From Psammoneis japonica (lineage: Eukaryota): a DNA stretch of 64,000 nt. The stretch is taken from contig QPGO01000006.1 in NCBI GenBank assembly GCA_008632985.1, forward strand, positions 679,138-743,137. Reading direction: 5' to 3'. A model generated the notes under the pieces. That model saw nothing but the letters and a program-made list of their open reading frames with translations. It was not told where the DNA came from and ran no database searches. Shown here one piece after another: positions 1 to 13,206 of this stretch. How positions within the stretch are numbered: the first letter of the stretch is position 1; each line of letters starts with the position of its first letter. The position numbers were made by a program, and so were the translations under genes.

Positions 1-1746
1 GGCAATCACCATGTGCTGCTGTCCATCAACTGGCAACACCCCCTGACAATTGTTTTCAGTTGCACCAGTGCTTGGCAACAAACAAAATGGGTGCAAACGG
101 GTGAGAAAATGGATGCAGGTGAGCACAATTGGGTGCAAATTGGGCACAACTGGGGTCACTGTAAAAAGCCAACAATGACCACACTCCACCAAAAAGCTTT
201 GCAGGAGTGCTCAACAGTCAAATGTGTTGCTGGGTTAAAAGACATGTGTCATTGTCAAATGCCCTGCAGCTGTTGTGAGTTGTCTTCATTCAATGGCAAA
301 TTTCACAACTGTTTGACATCATGTGCCCAAGTTGTGTCCAGTTTGTGTCCATTTTATTTGACCTTGTTTGCAGCCATTTGTGCAACAGTTGGGGGTCAGC
401 AAAAAATCCACATTGAATGTGATGCCATGCCATGATTTCAGTCAGACCCACCATTTTACATTTTTGCACACACTCTTGCACAACAGTGTCTCCCAACTTC
501 TCTCTCAACCTGACCTGCAATGCATGATGGTGCTGCATGTTGGAAGAGCTGTGTCAGCCCACAACACAGATGCTGCCACAAAGGCAAGCCACTGGCATGC
601 ATGCAACACCATCATGCACTGGCACAATTCACAAGGTCATCAGTTTTCATCACTTTCCCATTCCATTGCACTGCCACTCTTCTGTCCACAACATTGTGCA
701 ACGCATTTGTGGTGTCAGCATCATGTTTGGGGACAAAATTCCACAGCCCATCACATGCAGGGGAAATTTGATGCCAACTGCAATGGGAAAAGATCATCAT
801 TTTGTTGGCTGAGTCAATCAAGCTCAAGTGGCTTGGCAAGAATTGTTTCAATCAAATGGTTTGCATGGCTGCAGGCTGTGACACCATGGGAACTGCTGCC
901 ATTTGAGGTGTGCTTTTGCACTTCTTGTTGCCCTTGTTCTTTTGCTTCTTTGACAGAATGCTCACATGCTTCTTGCCCTCTTTTAGCTCCTCAACACAGT
1001 TGAAGAGTTTTTGGCTTGGAGCAAATGTGTGCAGTCTGATGTCACTGACCTTGAACACTGCAACCTTCTCCCAAGTCTTTTGATCTGGCATCTGGAACTC
1101 ATCCACCACTCAGTCATCACAAGTCACACAGCACTTGTTTTTTGTGTCCTGCAGGCCAAGGACATTTGCCATGGCTTTGTCCAATCCAAGCTGCATGTCT
1201 CTTAATCCTGGTGTTGTGCAGTCTTCATGCACTGGAGTGTCTCCTGCATCAGTTGACAGGTCAATCTTGATCCTTGCTGGCTGCATGTTGTGCACTGCTT
1301 TCTGACTTGCCACCATGCCAAGGGCAGAGCCATTGTCAAGGATGATCTCATCCAAATTGATGCTTGCATTGGCTTGAATCATGCTTGCCTCTGGTCTCAT
1401 GGCAACCAGCTGCATTCTGTGCCATGCAGCACCTCTGCTTCAGCCAGAACAGGCAGATTTTGATTAGATCTGGTGGTGTTGATGCTCACATTGTTGCTGT
1501 CCACCAATGAATTGTCAACATTTGTGCCTTGCATCTGTGCATGGCTCTTTGCCCTGACGTCCATTTTTTTTTTTTTCAACGTTCTTTCACCAAAATTGTC
1601 ACAAGCAATGTCACCTCTGTGGCCACATTCTGGGGACTTGTGGCCCTTCATTCCACAACAGTGACACATCAGTTTGTCACTCTGGTTGCTCTGTTGAGCA
1701 TGACTCTGGTCCTTCTGGATCTCTTGTTCAGTGTTCCAGTTGCCGC

Positions 1747-1781
<35 letters not shown>

Positions 1782-2740
1782 GTTGTTGTTGTTGTTCATT
1801 CCTGTCATTTTGGTTTTGATCATTTCTTGCAGAGGCACTCCATTGTTTGAGAAGATTGTTGTCCTTTGGATGGTCAAGCAGTTTGTCCATCACCTTGTCT
1901 GGGGTTCAAGCAGCAGGCATCCCAACCCAGACTGCAGTCTCTCACAAAGCTCTTCTTCAGGCTCTTGCAAAAGTGACCATCACTGTTCCCCATGAGCTGG
2001 TGCATTGTCCATGTCTCACATGTGGACACTCTCATGTCTTTCTGCTCCACATCATCAGCATCCGTGTGCTCCTCAGCATTGCAAACAAACACATCCTCTG
2101 GCATCTTGTCTCCCAGTGCTTCTTTGGAAGCATCTTGCTGGTTCTTGAATCTTGGCTGGTGGTCATTTGCTGGTGTTCATTGTCTTGTTGTCTCACATCT
2201 GTGATTCTCTTGAGGGCACCTTTGTGAGTGCATGGAACAGGACTCGACCTCTCAATGAGTCAAATGTGAGGGTCTGATTTGCAGGATCACCTTGCTTGCC
2301 ATCTCTGTTTCATCTGCTTGAAATGGCAGTTGTTCAAGATCTTGGTGAGTGCAGCAGTGTTGTCCTCTTCCAACTTCTTGATCTTCTTGTGGCAGTCATC
2401 ATGATCTGCTTTGTGCTGCATTTCCAGTCCTTCATCTTTGCTTTCTTTCATTCATCTGCAGAGTTCTTGTCATTCTCTCATCTTGTGGGGCTGTCTTGGA
2501 CCCCTCACAGATGGGCATTTTGGCCTTGAAGTTCCAGGGCTTCACATCTTGCATGGATCTTGCCAAGTGTGTGCTTTGATTGCACTCTTGCTGTGTGCAC
2601 CGGGCAATCTTTTCCTTGACTTTCTTGAAGGTTGCATTGCACCAAGAGTTGCTGTTCAGTGATGAAAGGTGGAACTTCATCTCAGCCTGACCGTGAAAGT
2701 GTTTCTTGTCATCAGTCTTCCTGCTCTTGTTCAATGACTT
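1..2740 (-). mobile_element. Heavily decayed Ty1/copia (CoDi-like) retrotransposon relic: gag, zinc knuckle, protease region
   Basis: Minus-strand fragments contain a CX2CX4HX4C knuckle (CHCCGMKGHKSPEC, ORF 1397-1669), a copia protease-like IILDNGSA...IDLSTDAG motif and AMANVLGL (ORFs 1110-1415). Many stops and frameshifts. TpA and CpG are nearly absent. Confidence 0.75.
1747..1796. repeat. (GTT)n / (AAC)n microsatellite inside the gag relic
   Basis: About 16 GTT units with one extra-T interruption. Confidence 0.9.
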
Positions 2741-2791
2741 CCATCACCCCTGCTGCAGTCATGTTCTTGGTCTGGACAGCTCTCTTGTCCT

Positions 2792-3346
2792 GACGTGTTC
2801 CAGTCCCAGGTGACGCACAAAACGACAATCGGATTTTGAATATAATTTATGTATGTTTTAGTGTATAAAGCATTTTAATAAAAACACTTAGACGGATTGA
2901 CTTTTATAGGCTTCTAGAGTATGGACATTTAAATAGTTTTTTGAGGGGTATTCAAATCGTCATGGGATATGTATCATAAACTTCCTCAGTAGACTCAATA
3001 CTGATTGTACGTCAGTAGATTTATACTGAGATTTTTTTGTAGGTAGAAAACCTACCAAGTAGCATCGTAGAAAGATATATTTAGGTAACATCAAAATAAC
3101 GGCAATATTTTCGCCGAAAATCTTCCGTTGTGTTACGAATCTTTTAACGCAATGAAAAACATAGATAGCACAATAACAATGACATTGCAACACTCACACG
3201 AGTCTTGTTAGTGTTGCAAAACATTTATATTTGTATAAATCTATACTTTTGGTGGTGAAAGTTCGATCGTAAGTTAGGGACCGCGCAAAAATCGCGCAAA
3301 TGTCGTTTTTGTGCACGATTTGGTTCACGTGCGGCTGGAACACGTC
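2792..3346. mobile_element. 555-bp AT-rich non-autonomous DNA transposon (MITE-like) with imperfect TIRs and a 4-bp TSD
   Basis: Left end gacgtgttccagtcccaggtga; reverse complement of the right end gacgtgttccagccgcacgtga; a subterminal gcacaaaa(a)cgaca is also shared. tcct flanks both sides (2788-2791, 3347-3350). No coding capacity. Confidence 0.8.
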
Positions 3347-4200
3347 TCCTGCAATCTCCTCTGCTGCTGATTGTGCAGGTTTTCTGTCATCTTGGCATTG
3401 GTGGTGGTCTTAAAGCAAATGAGTGCCAAATGCAGTGCTTCTAACTCTTTGGAGTGAGTGTTGAAGCAGCAAGTCAATGTTGCCAAAAGGGAGTCGAACA
3501 AGATCTCCTGTGCCACTCAACGCACTTGCCTTCTTGGCAGCCTGTTGTGTGAACCATGCAGCTGTGATGACAGGTGTCTCTCAATGCTGTCTGACAATTT
3601 TGCAAACCAAACAATGATTCACTCCAAAAAGTGAGACCAAAACACACGCAGATGGTGCTGATCTCATCGCAGAAGGTCACATCAACCAACCACATCAGGG
3701 TCAACACATCTTTCTTTTCAACATGTCTGGGTCACACAACGCGTCATCTGGGTCTCACATCTTGGTGTTCCAACACAAGAAGTGACACACCCTTCATCCC
3801 AAGGGGAAATGTTCTTTTTTTCTTTGGCTGGAAAGCCAGCTCACAAAAGAGTGTTTTTGCATGAAGCCATGTGAGCTTTGACACTGCCGACAAAGCACAC
3901 AGCAAGTTGGTCACCGAGGTGCCACTGCCACTTGTTGCTCCTTGGCAGCTGGCCATTTGATCATCACCCAGTCCATTGTGAAGCATCATGTTGACACTGG
4001 CCCCACTTGTCAGGAGTCAAAGCAGGCAAACAAGAGGTCTTGATTTCCAAATTTGAGGCATTTTTGAAAATGCAAATGTCTCAAATTAAAAAACCCAGGA
4101 ATTTCTAAAAATCTGAAATGAATTGTTTTCAAAATGACGGTTTTTTTTTTAGCAAAAATGACAGCAGTGCAGCTGTCGTTCGCACTGCTCTTAGACGAAA
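3347..4200. repeat. TpA/CpG-depleted decayed repeat, family not recognised
   Basis: Same compositional signature as 1-2790. Ends near a small hairpin agcagtgc-N11-gcactgct at about 4163-4189. Confidence 0.55.
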
Positions 4201-4375
4201 TCAACTTAAGAATGAAGGGGCCTTTCGCTCGTACCTTTGTTTGTTCGTAAGTGTTATTTCTAAACTAGCAGCGTCGACGTGACACTGTTTGCCACTTTAT
4301 TTTCTTGATAGTGTCGGTGGACTGGCTTCGTCCCTTTTTTCCGTGATGCAAACGATTTTTGGGGTTGCATCGTCG

Positions 4376-7243
4376 CTACCAAAAATTATCCTCTTCTTCT
4401 TCCAAATCTGGTTCTAATAGTTGCGCAGCAGTCGGTGCTGGGTTCGCCTCATGCTGTCCCGGTTGGTCATGATCCAGTTCTACGAATTCGTCGTGCACAA
4501 AGGACCCAGGATGAAGCGACGATGATCTCATCGCCGGGAGGGAACTAGACAAAGAAGCACCCTCTACTGATTCCAGAATCGTATCCTGAGTCGAGTTTCT
4601 GCGAAAACGTGGCTTATCCGCAACACCCGCTATGTTCTTCTTGCCGTGGCAGCTCGTGCTAGTAGTACTACTAGTGCTTGTACTTTGGATGGAACCACAG
4701 ACAGCGAGCAATCGGAGTGGGAGTTTGATGAGTAGCATGTCCATAGCATTCCATAAAAAGAGGAGCCCAGTACATGCCGTCATGCCTGCAATCGTTATGG
4801 TCAAAAAGTGTTCAATCATCCGAAAACCGACCAACATTCCCACCGCCAACAACGTATTGGATCCAATGAGAATGGAGATGGAAATCCATCCTACCTTGAC
4901 GCGATCTTCGACTTGGTGGTTTGCTTCCTTGCTGTTCTTTGTAGTAGTCGTATTCATGGTAGCACCACTGCAACTCGAATCTTCGGATGATAATTCTTCT
5001 TTTGTTGCCGCCTCCTCCCCCGCCTGGTGGACTTGACGGTTGCCCCACGAAAGATCGGAAATGCGCGCGGTGGCGTAGGCAGGAAGCCACACATAAAACC
5101 AAAAGGCAGACAATAAGGCAAAGGGGAGCGTCAGGAATATAATCTTGGCCGATCGAAACCACTGGTAGCCATGATGGGTTTTTCTAGACAAAACGATGCC
5201 GCCCACGAATGCAGCAACATAGGGCGCCACCCCAAAGAAGATTAGAATTTTCAAAAACACGGGGAGACCGCCCCATCCCAACATGACGGCAGAAGCGATT
5301 GCGACACATTGCATATAGAGCGCTGTAGCAGTGTTCAGCACGACTGCCACCGCCCATGCAATGGGATTAAATGAAGAGAAAGCATCTCCATTCGTGGCTC
5401 GAATTGAACGGGGTCGATGTACGATGAGGAACAACGCATAGATTGCCAAATACGCCGCCACAACAACAGAAGCAATCCAATGCATATCGGAATCATCATC
5501 TTCGCCCTTGGCCACTTGTTGCAGGGCTGTCGAATTCGTGCTAACTATATAGGGTGTCACGAGAATGGCAACGCACAATCCAACCGCCACAGTGGCGGCA
5601 CCCACCAACCGTACCATCACTCCGCTCAGCAGCTCGAGCGCAAGATAGGTACGGACAATGCTTTTCTTCCACCAGCTTGATGTGACTCGGCGATCCAACC
5701 TTTGTCACTACCACTGGTGTGTCTGTCTTCGCTGCTGTTGTCGCTATGATGATGCTTCTTGCTCCCACAGAAGACCCAATACGACGCAAGGAAGGCTCCG
5801 TTGATCCAACGACGACGCTGTCTTACGAGACGCGCCATTGGTTTTTCAGCGTCATAATAGAAGCACGCATCGTGTACATAGGAGACATGTGGTTTCACGG
5901 AGTCAGATAAGCCCGGTAGGTCTTTGCACTCCTCCTCCGATCGAAACGTAAGAAGGACCGGTGGAAACCGATCTTCAGCCAGTTGTACATTTCCTAAGAT
6001 AATTCGATCCATCATGTTCTTGTGAACATTAGTATCGTCCAAGGATTGGTTGCACAAGTCAAAATAGTCTGACATGACATTGCGACGATGAGGGCTGATA
6101 TTGATATCATCAGCACTATCCTTGTCGCTGCTATTGCTACTACCACTTTGGTTGGTCATGGTATCATTATACTCGGTTGTGAGTCCAAGATGTGCTGTTC
6201 GATAGAGGCAACATGGACCCGGAAGGACAGTTAAAAAGCCCATCGATTCTTGTGCCGATCGCATGGTGGCTTGCGAGATCTGCAGACATACAAAATTGTT
6301 TGATCAGCAAGCAAGCGCAATGATGTGAGTTTTGGATGGAAATGAGACACACAACATTTGCCATAGCAGTACTACCTACCTCCATGTCGTAACGCTGGAT
6401 TTGTCGCAAGGCAAATGCCGATGGATCCGAGAAGGCCTCGCCAAATCGCGAAGAGCGGTTATCCCCTTGTTTTTCGGCCGACATGACACGCATGAAGCCG
6501 GTTAAGGCCGAAACAGATGGCACCTGATCCATACGTTCAATTAACAACCGTAAACAGTGGTGATCGAAAATGATTCCACAGTCTGTGGCCCAGGCAAATT
6601 CAGCCATGGGAGCATGGGCCTGCATCCACCACATATGTGAATTGATTTTACCCTGATTGTGCCGTTTGAGAATTAGCGACAAGTGGACTTGGCCATCCTC
6701 CATCTTTGTGCGACGATCGGAACGAATTGGAGAATGTACGGCTTCAGGAATCCTCACAATGAGCGTGTTGCAGCTGCTCGTTTCGGCGCCTTCTTGCTTG
6801 GTGAGAAAGCTGTCGTCTGGACAACTGTTTGAACCTGATCCAAGTTCCAGGTCGGCTGGATCTTGATCGCCTGGAAATACAATTTGAAATTTGTCTTGGA
6901 GAAAGGCTTTCATGCTTGGTGTAATCTGTTTAGTACCATCCATGACAATGCAAACCTCGAGAATAACGGCGGAGTCTTGCTGGCTGCTGAACTGCTGCCA
7001 GTACAACGATTGCAAGGTCCGATCCAATTCTTCGTATTCTTCATTGTAACAGCAGATACAAACTGACACTACTCGATTCATTGGCACTTGATCGTCGCAC
7101 AGACCACCGCTAAAGTACCCTTGCCCTGCAATCGGTGACATCTCGGACCATCTTTCGCATTCCAACGACAAAGCGAAAGGCCCATGCTCTTTGTCTTTCT
7201 CCCGAGTGTCGGCGTACGAGGTGTAGCTTAACTGGGAGCTCAT
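4376..7243 (-). CDS. Chitin synthase (GT2 family)
   Basis: Motifs in canonical order: CCYNEE, VMDG, KRHNQGKINSH, ATDCG, LTVLPGPCCLYR, LAEDR, QRRRW, followed by several TM segments. GT-AG intron 6379-6280 joins RYDME to ISQATMRSA. One frameshift near 5680 (GWIAESH / SWWKKSIV). Confidence 0.92.
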
Positions 7244-7933
7244 TGAGTGATCGATAAAGTGATATCGACTAAAACAATGATGAATGATGGCTCCCACTTT
7301 TCAAGATAGTATCTCGTCTTTTGTGCGTGTGCTTGTTTTGATGGTCCAGGGCGACTTTTACAATACCGTATTTATGTTTCGTATCCAATCATCAGGGATC
7401 TTTTGCAATTGTGAGGTTCAAAAAGCCGGAATTTGTGTTGTTGTGGGTGACGTGTTGAGGGTTTTACGAATAGATACTACTTAGACCACATCTTGGAACG
7501 GACAAAACAGTTATGTCTACTGAAACTCGTACTGTAAAAAACTTCACGACTACAGTACATAAAGTAGATAGAGATAGAGACGATGTCCGTCCAATGATGA
7601 ATAGTCATCCCCCCAGTAAAGTAAGTAGTATGCTGTATTTAGAGAAATCGCTCGGGCAGTCATTTGTTTGTGCTGGAATCCTTTTTTATTTATTTAAAGA
7701 GTGCGAACGTGAAAATACCGTAGTCATAATTATTTTCCGTTGTGTATAAGCTACGAAGGAATCACAGTATGCCCCGTAGAAGCCGTATGCGCGGCTACGA
7801 GCACCTTCATACCTCTCGAGCCGAAACAAGCAGCAGCAGGCTCATTCTTTACGTTCAACGTACTTTTTCTTTCCATCTTCAATCTTCACCCAATTGCAAG
7901 ACCCCCCCGCCCCCCGCGTGTTCAGTGGTCACG

Positions 7934-10477
7934 ATGACGACCAGCAACGAGGAAGAAACGGCTGGTAACGGCGATACCAAAGACGTGTGGAACGAAAACG
8001 ACACCAAGTGCCAAGAGCTTGAAGAGGGCGCCTGTAACATCAGCGATCCCAAGAATGATGTAAGTGACAAAAGTACCGGCAAGAAGCAGCCCTTTTCTAC
8101 TCGTCGGTTGTGCGTCGCTGCTGTAGCATTGGTGGCAGTCATATTGCTTTGCATTGGATTGGGTGTCGGACTGTCACGGGATGGAGGGAGTCAGGATGAA
8201 AGCCAAGCGACTGTCGACGACGATGTCTGCAAGCGCAATAACGATTTGACGTCCGTACCACCATTCAACGATGATTTTCCTCCCTCCACGACGTCGCCGA
8301 TTGAATTACAAAAAACGCCCATGTTGGTTTCGATCGGATTCGATGATAATGGTCGATCGAATGGGATGGAATGGGTAATCAATGAGCTGGCCAAGAAGTG
8401 GAATACCGCGACGTCTCCGCCGTTGCAGTTCACGTTCTTTCAGACCACCACGTATGCTACCGACGTGCATTACGAGGAACCCGTTAACGTACGTCGTGCG
8501 TGGAGAGCTGCCTATGAACAAGGACATGAAATAGCGCTCCACACTCACACACATCCACATGGTTCCGAGTTTTCTACGGATCAGTGGGGAGACGAGTTCA
8601 AAATGTGTCACGAGACACTCACCCGAAGCTGGGAGGAAGGAGGGCTCGGCGTGGACCCCAAGGATATTTTGGGGTGGCGAGCTCCCTACCTGGAATCGAA
8701 TGCAGAAATGTTTGAAGTACTCCATGAAAATGGTGTATGGTATGATAGTTCCATCTACGATGGATTTCAGCCAGAACAAGATGGACGCAGCCATCAGTTC
8801 CCTTACACTACAAACCATGGATCAAAGCCCGCCGGATTTCCTATTAACCGATCCGGAATCTGGGAATTACCGTTACATGCATTGATCATCCCCCCCGACG
8901 ATGTAGCGGAGAAATACAATTTTGTTCCGGGCCTGAGACAACGATCAGCAGCAGCCATAAAGGTCACGAGTTTAGGTGCGTTTACCGGTTCTAGCAACAA
9001 TGGATTGCTATGACACTATGCTCATTTTTTTTTCGTCACATATTCAATTCTCGTCTTCCAGACTGGAACTTTTTTGCCGAATACGCCATGACAGGGCCTG
9101 AATTTGTGGCTACGCTCAAATACAATCTGGATCTACGGCTTGAGGGCAATCGAGCACCGTTTGTGTTTGGGGCTCACTCGGAGTATTATGCCACCGACAT
9201 TCCAAAACTTTCCAGCGACGAGATGTTCTGCGGAAGTAGCTGGACCGACGCAAATACATGCAAGACCCCATGTCCGGGTGGAACCGATTCTGAATGTCCC
9301 GACGGAGAATCCTGCTTTGCAAGTATCACGGTGGGTGTGAACCCAGTTCCAATACATCTTTCTGTGGAACGAGCTGGGCCGACGCAAATACATGCAAGAC
9401 CCCATGTCCGGGTGGAACCGATTCTGAATGCCCCGACGGAGAATCCTGCTTTGCAGATGTCACGGTGGGGTGTGAACCCAGTTCCAATACACTTTCTGTG
9501 GAACGAGCTGGGCCGACGCAAATACATGCAAGACCCCATGTCAGGGTGGAACCGATTCTGAATGCCCCGACGGAGAATCCTGCTTTGCAGATGTCACGGT
9601 GGGGTGTGAACCCAGTTCCAATACACTTTTCTGTGGAACGAGCTGGGCCGACGCAAATACATGCAAGACCCCATGTCAGGGTGGAACCGATTCTGAATGC
9701 CCCGACGGAGAATCCTGCTTTGCAGATGTCACGGTGGGGTGTGAACCCAGTTCCAATACATCTTTCTGTGGAACGAGCTGGGCCGACGCAAATACATGCA
9801 AGACCCCATGTCCGGGTGGAACCGATTCTGAATGCCCCGACGGGGAATCCTGCTTTGCAGATGTCACGGTGGGGTGTGAACCCAGTTCCAATACACTTTT
9901 CTGTGGAACGAGCTGGGCCGACGCAAACACATGCAAGACCCCATGTCCGAGAGGAACCGATTCTGAATGTCCCGACGGAGAATCCTGCTTTGCAGATGTC
10001 ACGGTGGGGTGTGAACGTAGGCTCAATACATTTTTCTGTGGAACGAGCTGGGTCGACGCAAATACATGCAAGACCCCATGTCCGGGAGTAACCGATTCTG
10101 AATGCCCCGACGGAGAATCCTGCTTTTCAGACGTCACGGTGGGATGTGATCTCAGTTCCAATACATTTTTCTGTGGAACGAGCTGGGCGGACGCAAATAC
10201 ATGCAAGACCCCATGTCCGAGAGTAAGCGATTCTGAATGCCCCGACGGAGAATCCTGCTTTTCACATGTCACGGCGGGGTGCGGGAACGAACCCGATCCC
10301 CTATGTAGCAATGGCAGAGTTCGTGACGGAGTGTTCCCCTGTAGTACCGCAGAAGAGCGCCGTGCGGCGATGGAAGCGTTCCTTGCGTATGCACTCTCCA
10401 AGGAGGAGGTTCGAGTAGTTCCAATGAGAAGTGTTATGGACTGGATGCGCGATCCTGTTCCGCTCCAGTGTCTTTAA
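7934..10477 (+). CDS. Membrane-anchored polysaccharide (chitin-type, CE4/NodB-like) deacetylase with eight inserted Cys-rich modules
   Basis: N-terminal TM (LCVAAVALVAVILLCIGLGVGL). CE4 motifs IGFDD, HEIALHTHTH, GWRAPYL, WYDSS, IWELP, NRAPFVFGAH. Intron 8976-9061 gives KVTSLDWNFF. Single-base slips in the first repeats break the frame. Confidence 0.88.
9225..10285 (+). repeat. Coding tandem array, 8 x 135 bp (45 aa: FCGTSWADANTCKTPCPGGTDSECPDGESCFADVTVGCEPSSNT)
   Basis: Units recur at about 9225, 9360, 9494, 9629, 9764, 9899, 10034 and 10169. They are nearly identical, with six Cys per unit. Confidence 0.95.
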
Positions 10478-11099
10478 TAGGACGGAGTGAATTGTCATAT
10501 TGTTAGGTAGGGTTGCGCTCAGCGTTGATTGAGCGGGCAATGGTAGCGGTTCATCGCAGAGGCTAGATTATATTGCGTTGCTTCCAACAGTTAAGGTATA
10601 AAGAAGTTGATAGTATTTTATCCTATGTCGAGTGCCTTCTATCCCATTTGTCTCTGACTAAAGCAAGTAGCGCTTGTTTTCTCCATCCCTAAATACTTTT
10701 CAATTAAGTTGATTCGCCGTGGTCCTGTCAGCTATGCAAATGCGGAAAAGCTAAAACTGCCAATACTAAGAGCCACCATGAATTGCAAGGCGTTTCCCGA
10801 CGTTGCCGTGCAGGGTCCCCAAGTCGAGGCTAGATTCTTGTTCGCCTCATCTTTATTCATCCAAAGTCGTTCCATCGAAAAAAACAACCAGAGTGCTCAG
10901 TCAGGAGCATCAGCCACTAGAGGAGAGCGAAGAGTCAGAGAGCGATAGAGGGCAATCGTCCAGCAATTGCCACGTTGTAGGGCCCATCTACCAGCATCTC
11001 CGATCTGCGCAGAAGACTTCTTCTACTCTCTAGCTAGAGAGTAGACTCTCTACTCTAGCTCTAAGTAGAGTAGCATCGGTAGAGACCAGTGCACATTTT

Positions 11100-12928
11100 T
11101 TAGATGCGCGACATACACGACGAGCGCGAGAAGTCGGCACAAACACGTCGCTGACGAAACCAGCACCCTCATGTTGCACTGGTCATCTGGTCATTGTTTT
11201 CATTCTCATTGTCTCACTTGCATCTCCCACACTGTGGCTTCCTCTTGTCAAGAAGGCTGCCTTTTTTTAGAGGATTGCGATGCACAGGCCAATGTGTGTT
11301 TTTTGTATGGTGTGAGTGAGCTTGTGCAAATGAGCAAGAGACAAAATGGTTTCTGCAGAAAATTGACTGGCTTTGGTTGCTGCAGCCCCAGCACCCGACC
11401 CACCACTTCTGCACTGCACCCTCATTTTTGCCTCTACACCAAAGTCATGCTGGCAGCAGCAAAAAAATGAGAAACATCAGCAGCCAAGCTGTCTTGCACC
11501 TCTCCATTGCCATCATGCGGGAGCGTCTTCAGGGCAGAGTGTTGAGCTTCTAGATGCCACACTTGGCATTCTGTCAAACTGTGCCACCTCACAACATGAT
11601 TCAGAAATGCTGCTTGAAAAACACTCCATGGTGCTTGGATTTCATCTGCCAAAGACCTGCAGAGCAGCAAAAGACAAGAGGGAACAAGAGGAGCATGATG
11701 AACCATGCTGTCTTGCATTTTCATTGCTGCTCTGCTGCAGTGGCTGGCTTTCAAGGGTGTGGTGCTGAGTTTTTTGGCACTGTGTTTGGCACTCCGTCTT
11801 GTGTGTTGCCAACTCACATGCTTTAAAAAACAGGCTTTGCACCCCACTGTGGTTGAAAACCAAGAGTCAAGTGCCCAACCTTCATGGTCTTCTTTTTTTT
11901 CAGCAAAGCTCTGCCACCAGCCACTGAGTTTCCTCTTCATGCCAAGTCATTGTGTCATGGAAAAAGAACCACACAGAGAACAAACACCAGGTCTGCAGAG
12001 CAACATTTCCTGGTTGTTGCTGCTGCCAGGTGCAATCACAGCATGAGAAGGGGGGGTTGGGGGGGAGAGTCAGACTCAACTAAAAGGAGTGAATGCACTG
12101 ATGTTGTGCAGGAAAAGTCAAAAAAGCACACCTTGAAAGTGCACTTTAAGTGTGCTCAAGCATGTTTGTGACTCTTGCACAGTGTTCTGCGGGGTGCTGG
12201 TTCACAGGCATTTTGTGCCAGCACACTGCTGCACACAATCTACAGCATTGCCATGCATGATGGGCTGATGATTTGCGTGTGAACAAACATGCAGAATTTG
12301 TGCCACAACAGCTGTTGGTTGACTTGCACATGATGGCATTTTTCACAAATTTTCATGTCATGCATGTGACAGAGTCAAAAAGAAAAAAAATGCAGGTTGT
12401 GACAAAAGTGAAAACCAAAAAATGTCGTTGAGCTGTGCGTGGGGGGAGATTGGGGAAGACTGCAGCAGCTGAGGTCAGCACCTTGTCAAATCAACTTTGC
12501 ATTGCTGGGCAGCTCCCAGTTGGCTGTTTTCAACTTTTTTTGGGGAAATGCTCAATCGCCTTCATGGAAATGTGTGGAAAATGTGCCAAGAACCTCCAAC
12601 CTTGTCTTTGGGGGTGCTCTGTTTGCAATGAAATGGAGCCAAATGACAAGCTCCATCTAGAAAGTGGGCAAATCTGAGAGGGTTAAAATGGCAGAGAAAG
12701 ACACTGTGAGCCAGAGAAGGGCATTGCAAGAAGATTTGCAAATGTGCAGCACTGGGCACTGATCGACAAGACCAAACACCACAGGGCTGTGGTGTTTGGC
12801 ATCAAAGGTGCTCTCAGCCTGCCATTTTTGTTTGGGAGAGAGTTGGGCAGGTTGGTGTGAAAATGCAGAAAGGAGTTGGTGAAGTGTTGCTAAAAATGTG
12901 AGCCAAGCCAACAATGTTGAGACAACGC
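11100..12928. repeat. TpA/CpG-depleted decayed sequence; left part of the island into which the copia element inserted
   Basis: Compositional signature. Continues at 20043-20800 on the other side of the TSD. Confidence 0.6.
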
Positions 12929-13206
12929 TGACAGAAATTGAAGGCAAATGGCAAGAATCCAAACAATGACTCCTTGCTGCTGTCTAAATGGCAGATGAGT
13001 CTCCGCTCAGAGACGGTCACAGGAGCCAAAAGATGTGTGAGTCGGCACAATCGGGCTGCTGTTGTCATTCTTGTGAGCCGTGTGGCTCGAAAGCAAACTG
13101 CGTCGCGTGCGCACGCATGGAACTAAAGAGCACACAAAACTGTGCGCGGCAAACTAAACAGCGCGCGACATTTTGTGCGCACCCAAATCCTGTTCAAATC
13201 CTGTCA
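12929..13206 (-). repeat. 3' LTR (278 bp)
   Basis: Colinear with 19765-20042; TG...CA termini. Confidence 0.95.

Noticed and set aside
1..4200. Classical fungal RIP or CpG methylation decay as the sole cause of island composition
   Set aside because: RIP enriches TpA and CpG decay leaves it unchanged. Neither can turn TAY codons into TGY/CAY.
4160..4200. Helitron 3' end (hairpin near the island border)
   Set aside because: The hairpin is short, CTRR spacing is not convincing, and there is no Rep/helicase remnant.
9225..10285. CRISPR-like array
   Set aside because: There are no unique spacers. It is a 135-bp in-frame coding tandem repeat in a eukaryotic gene.
11020..11085. ctctag/tagag-rich quasi-palindromic patch (similar one at about 38880-38940)
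   Set aside because: Short low-complexity intergenic sequence with no defined unit or termini.
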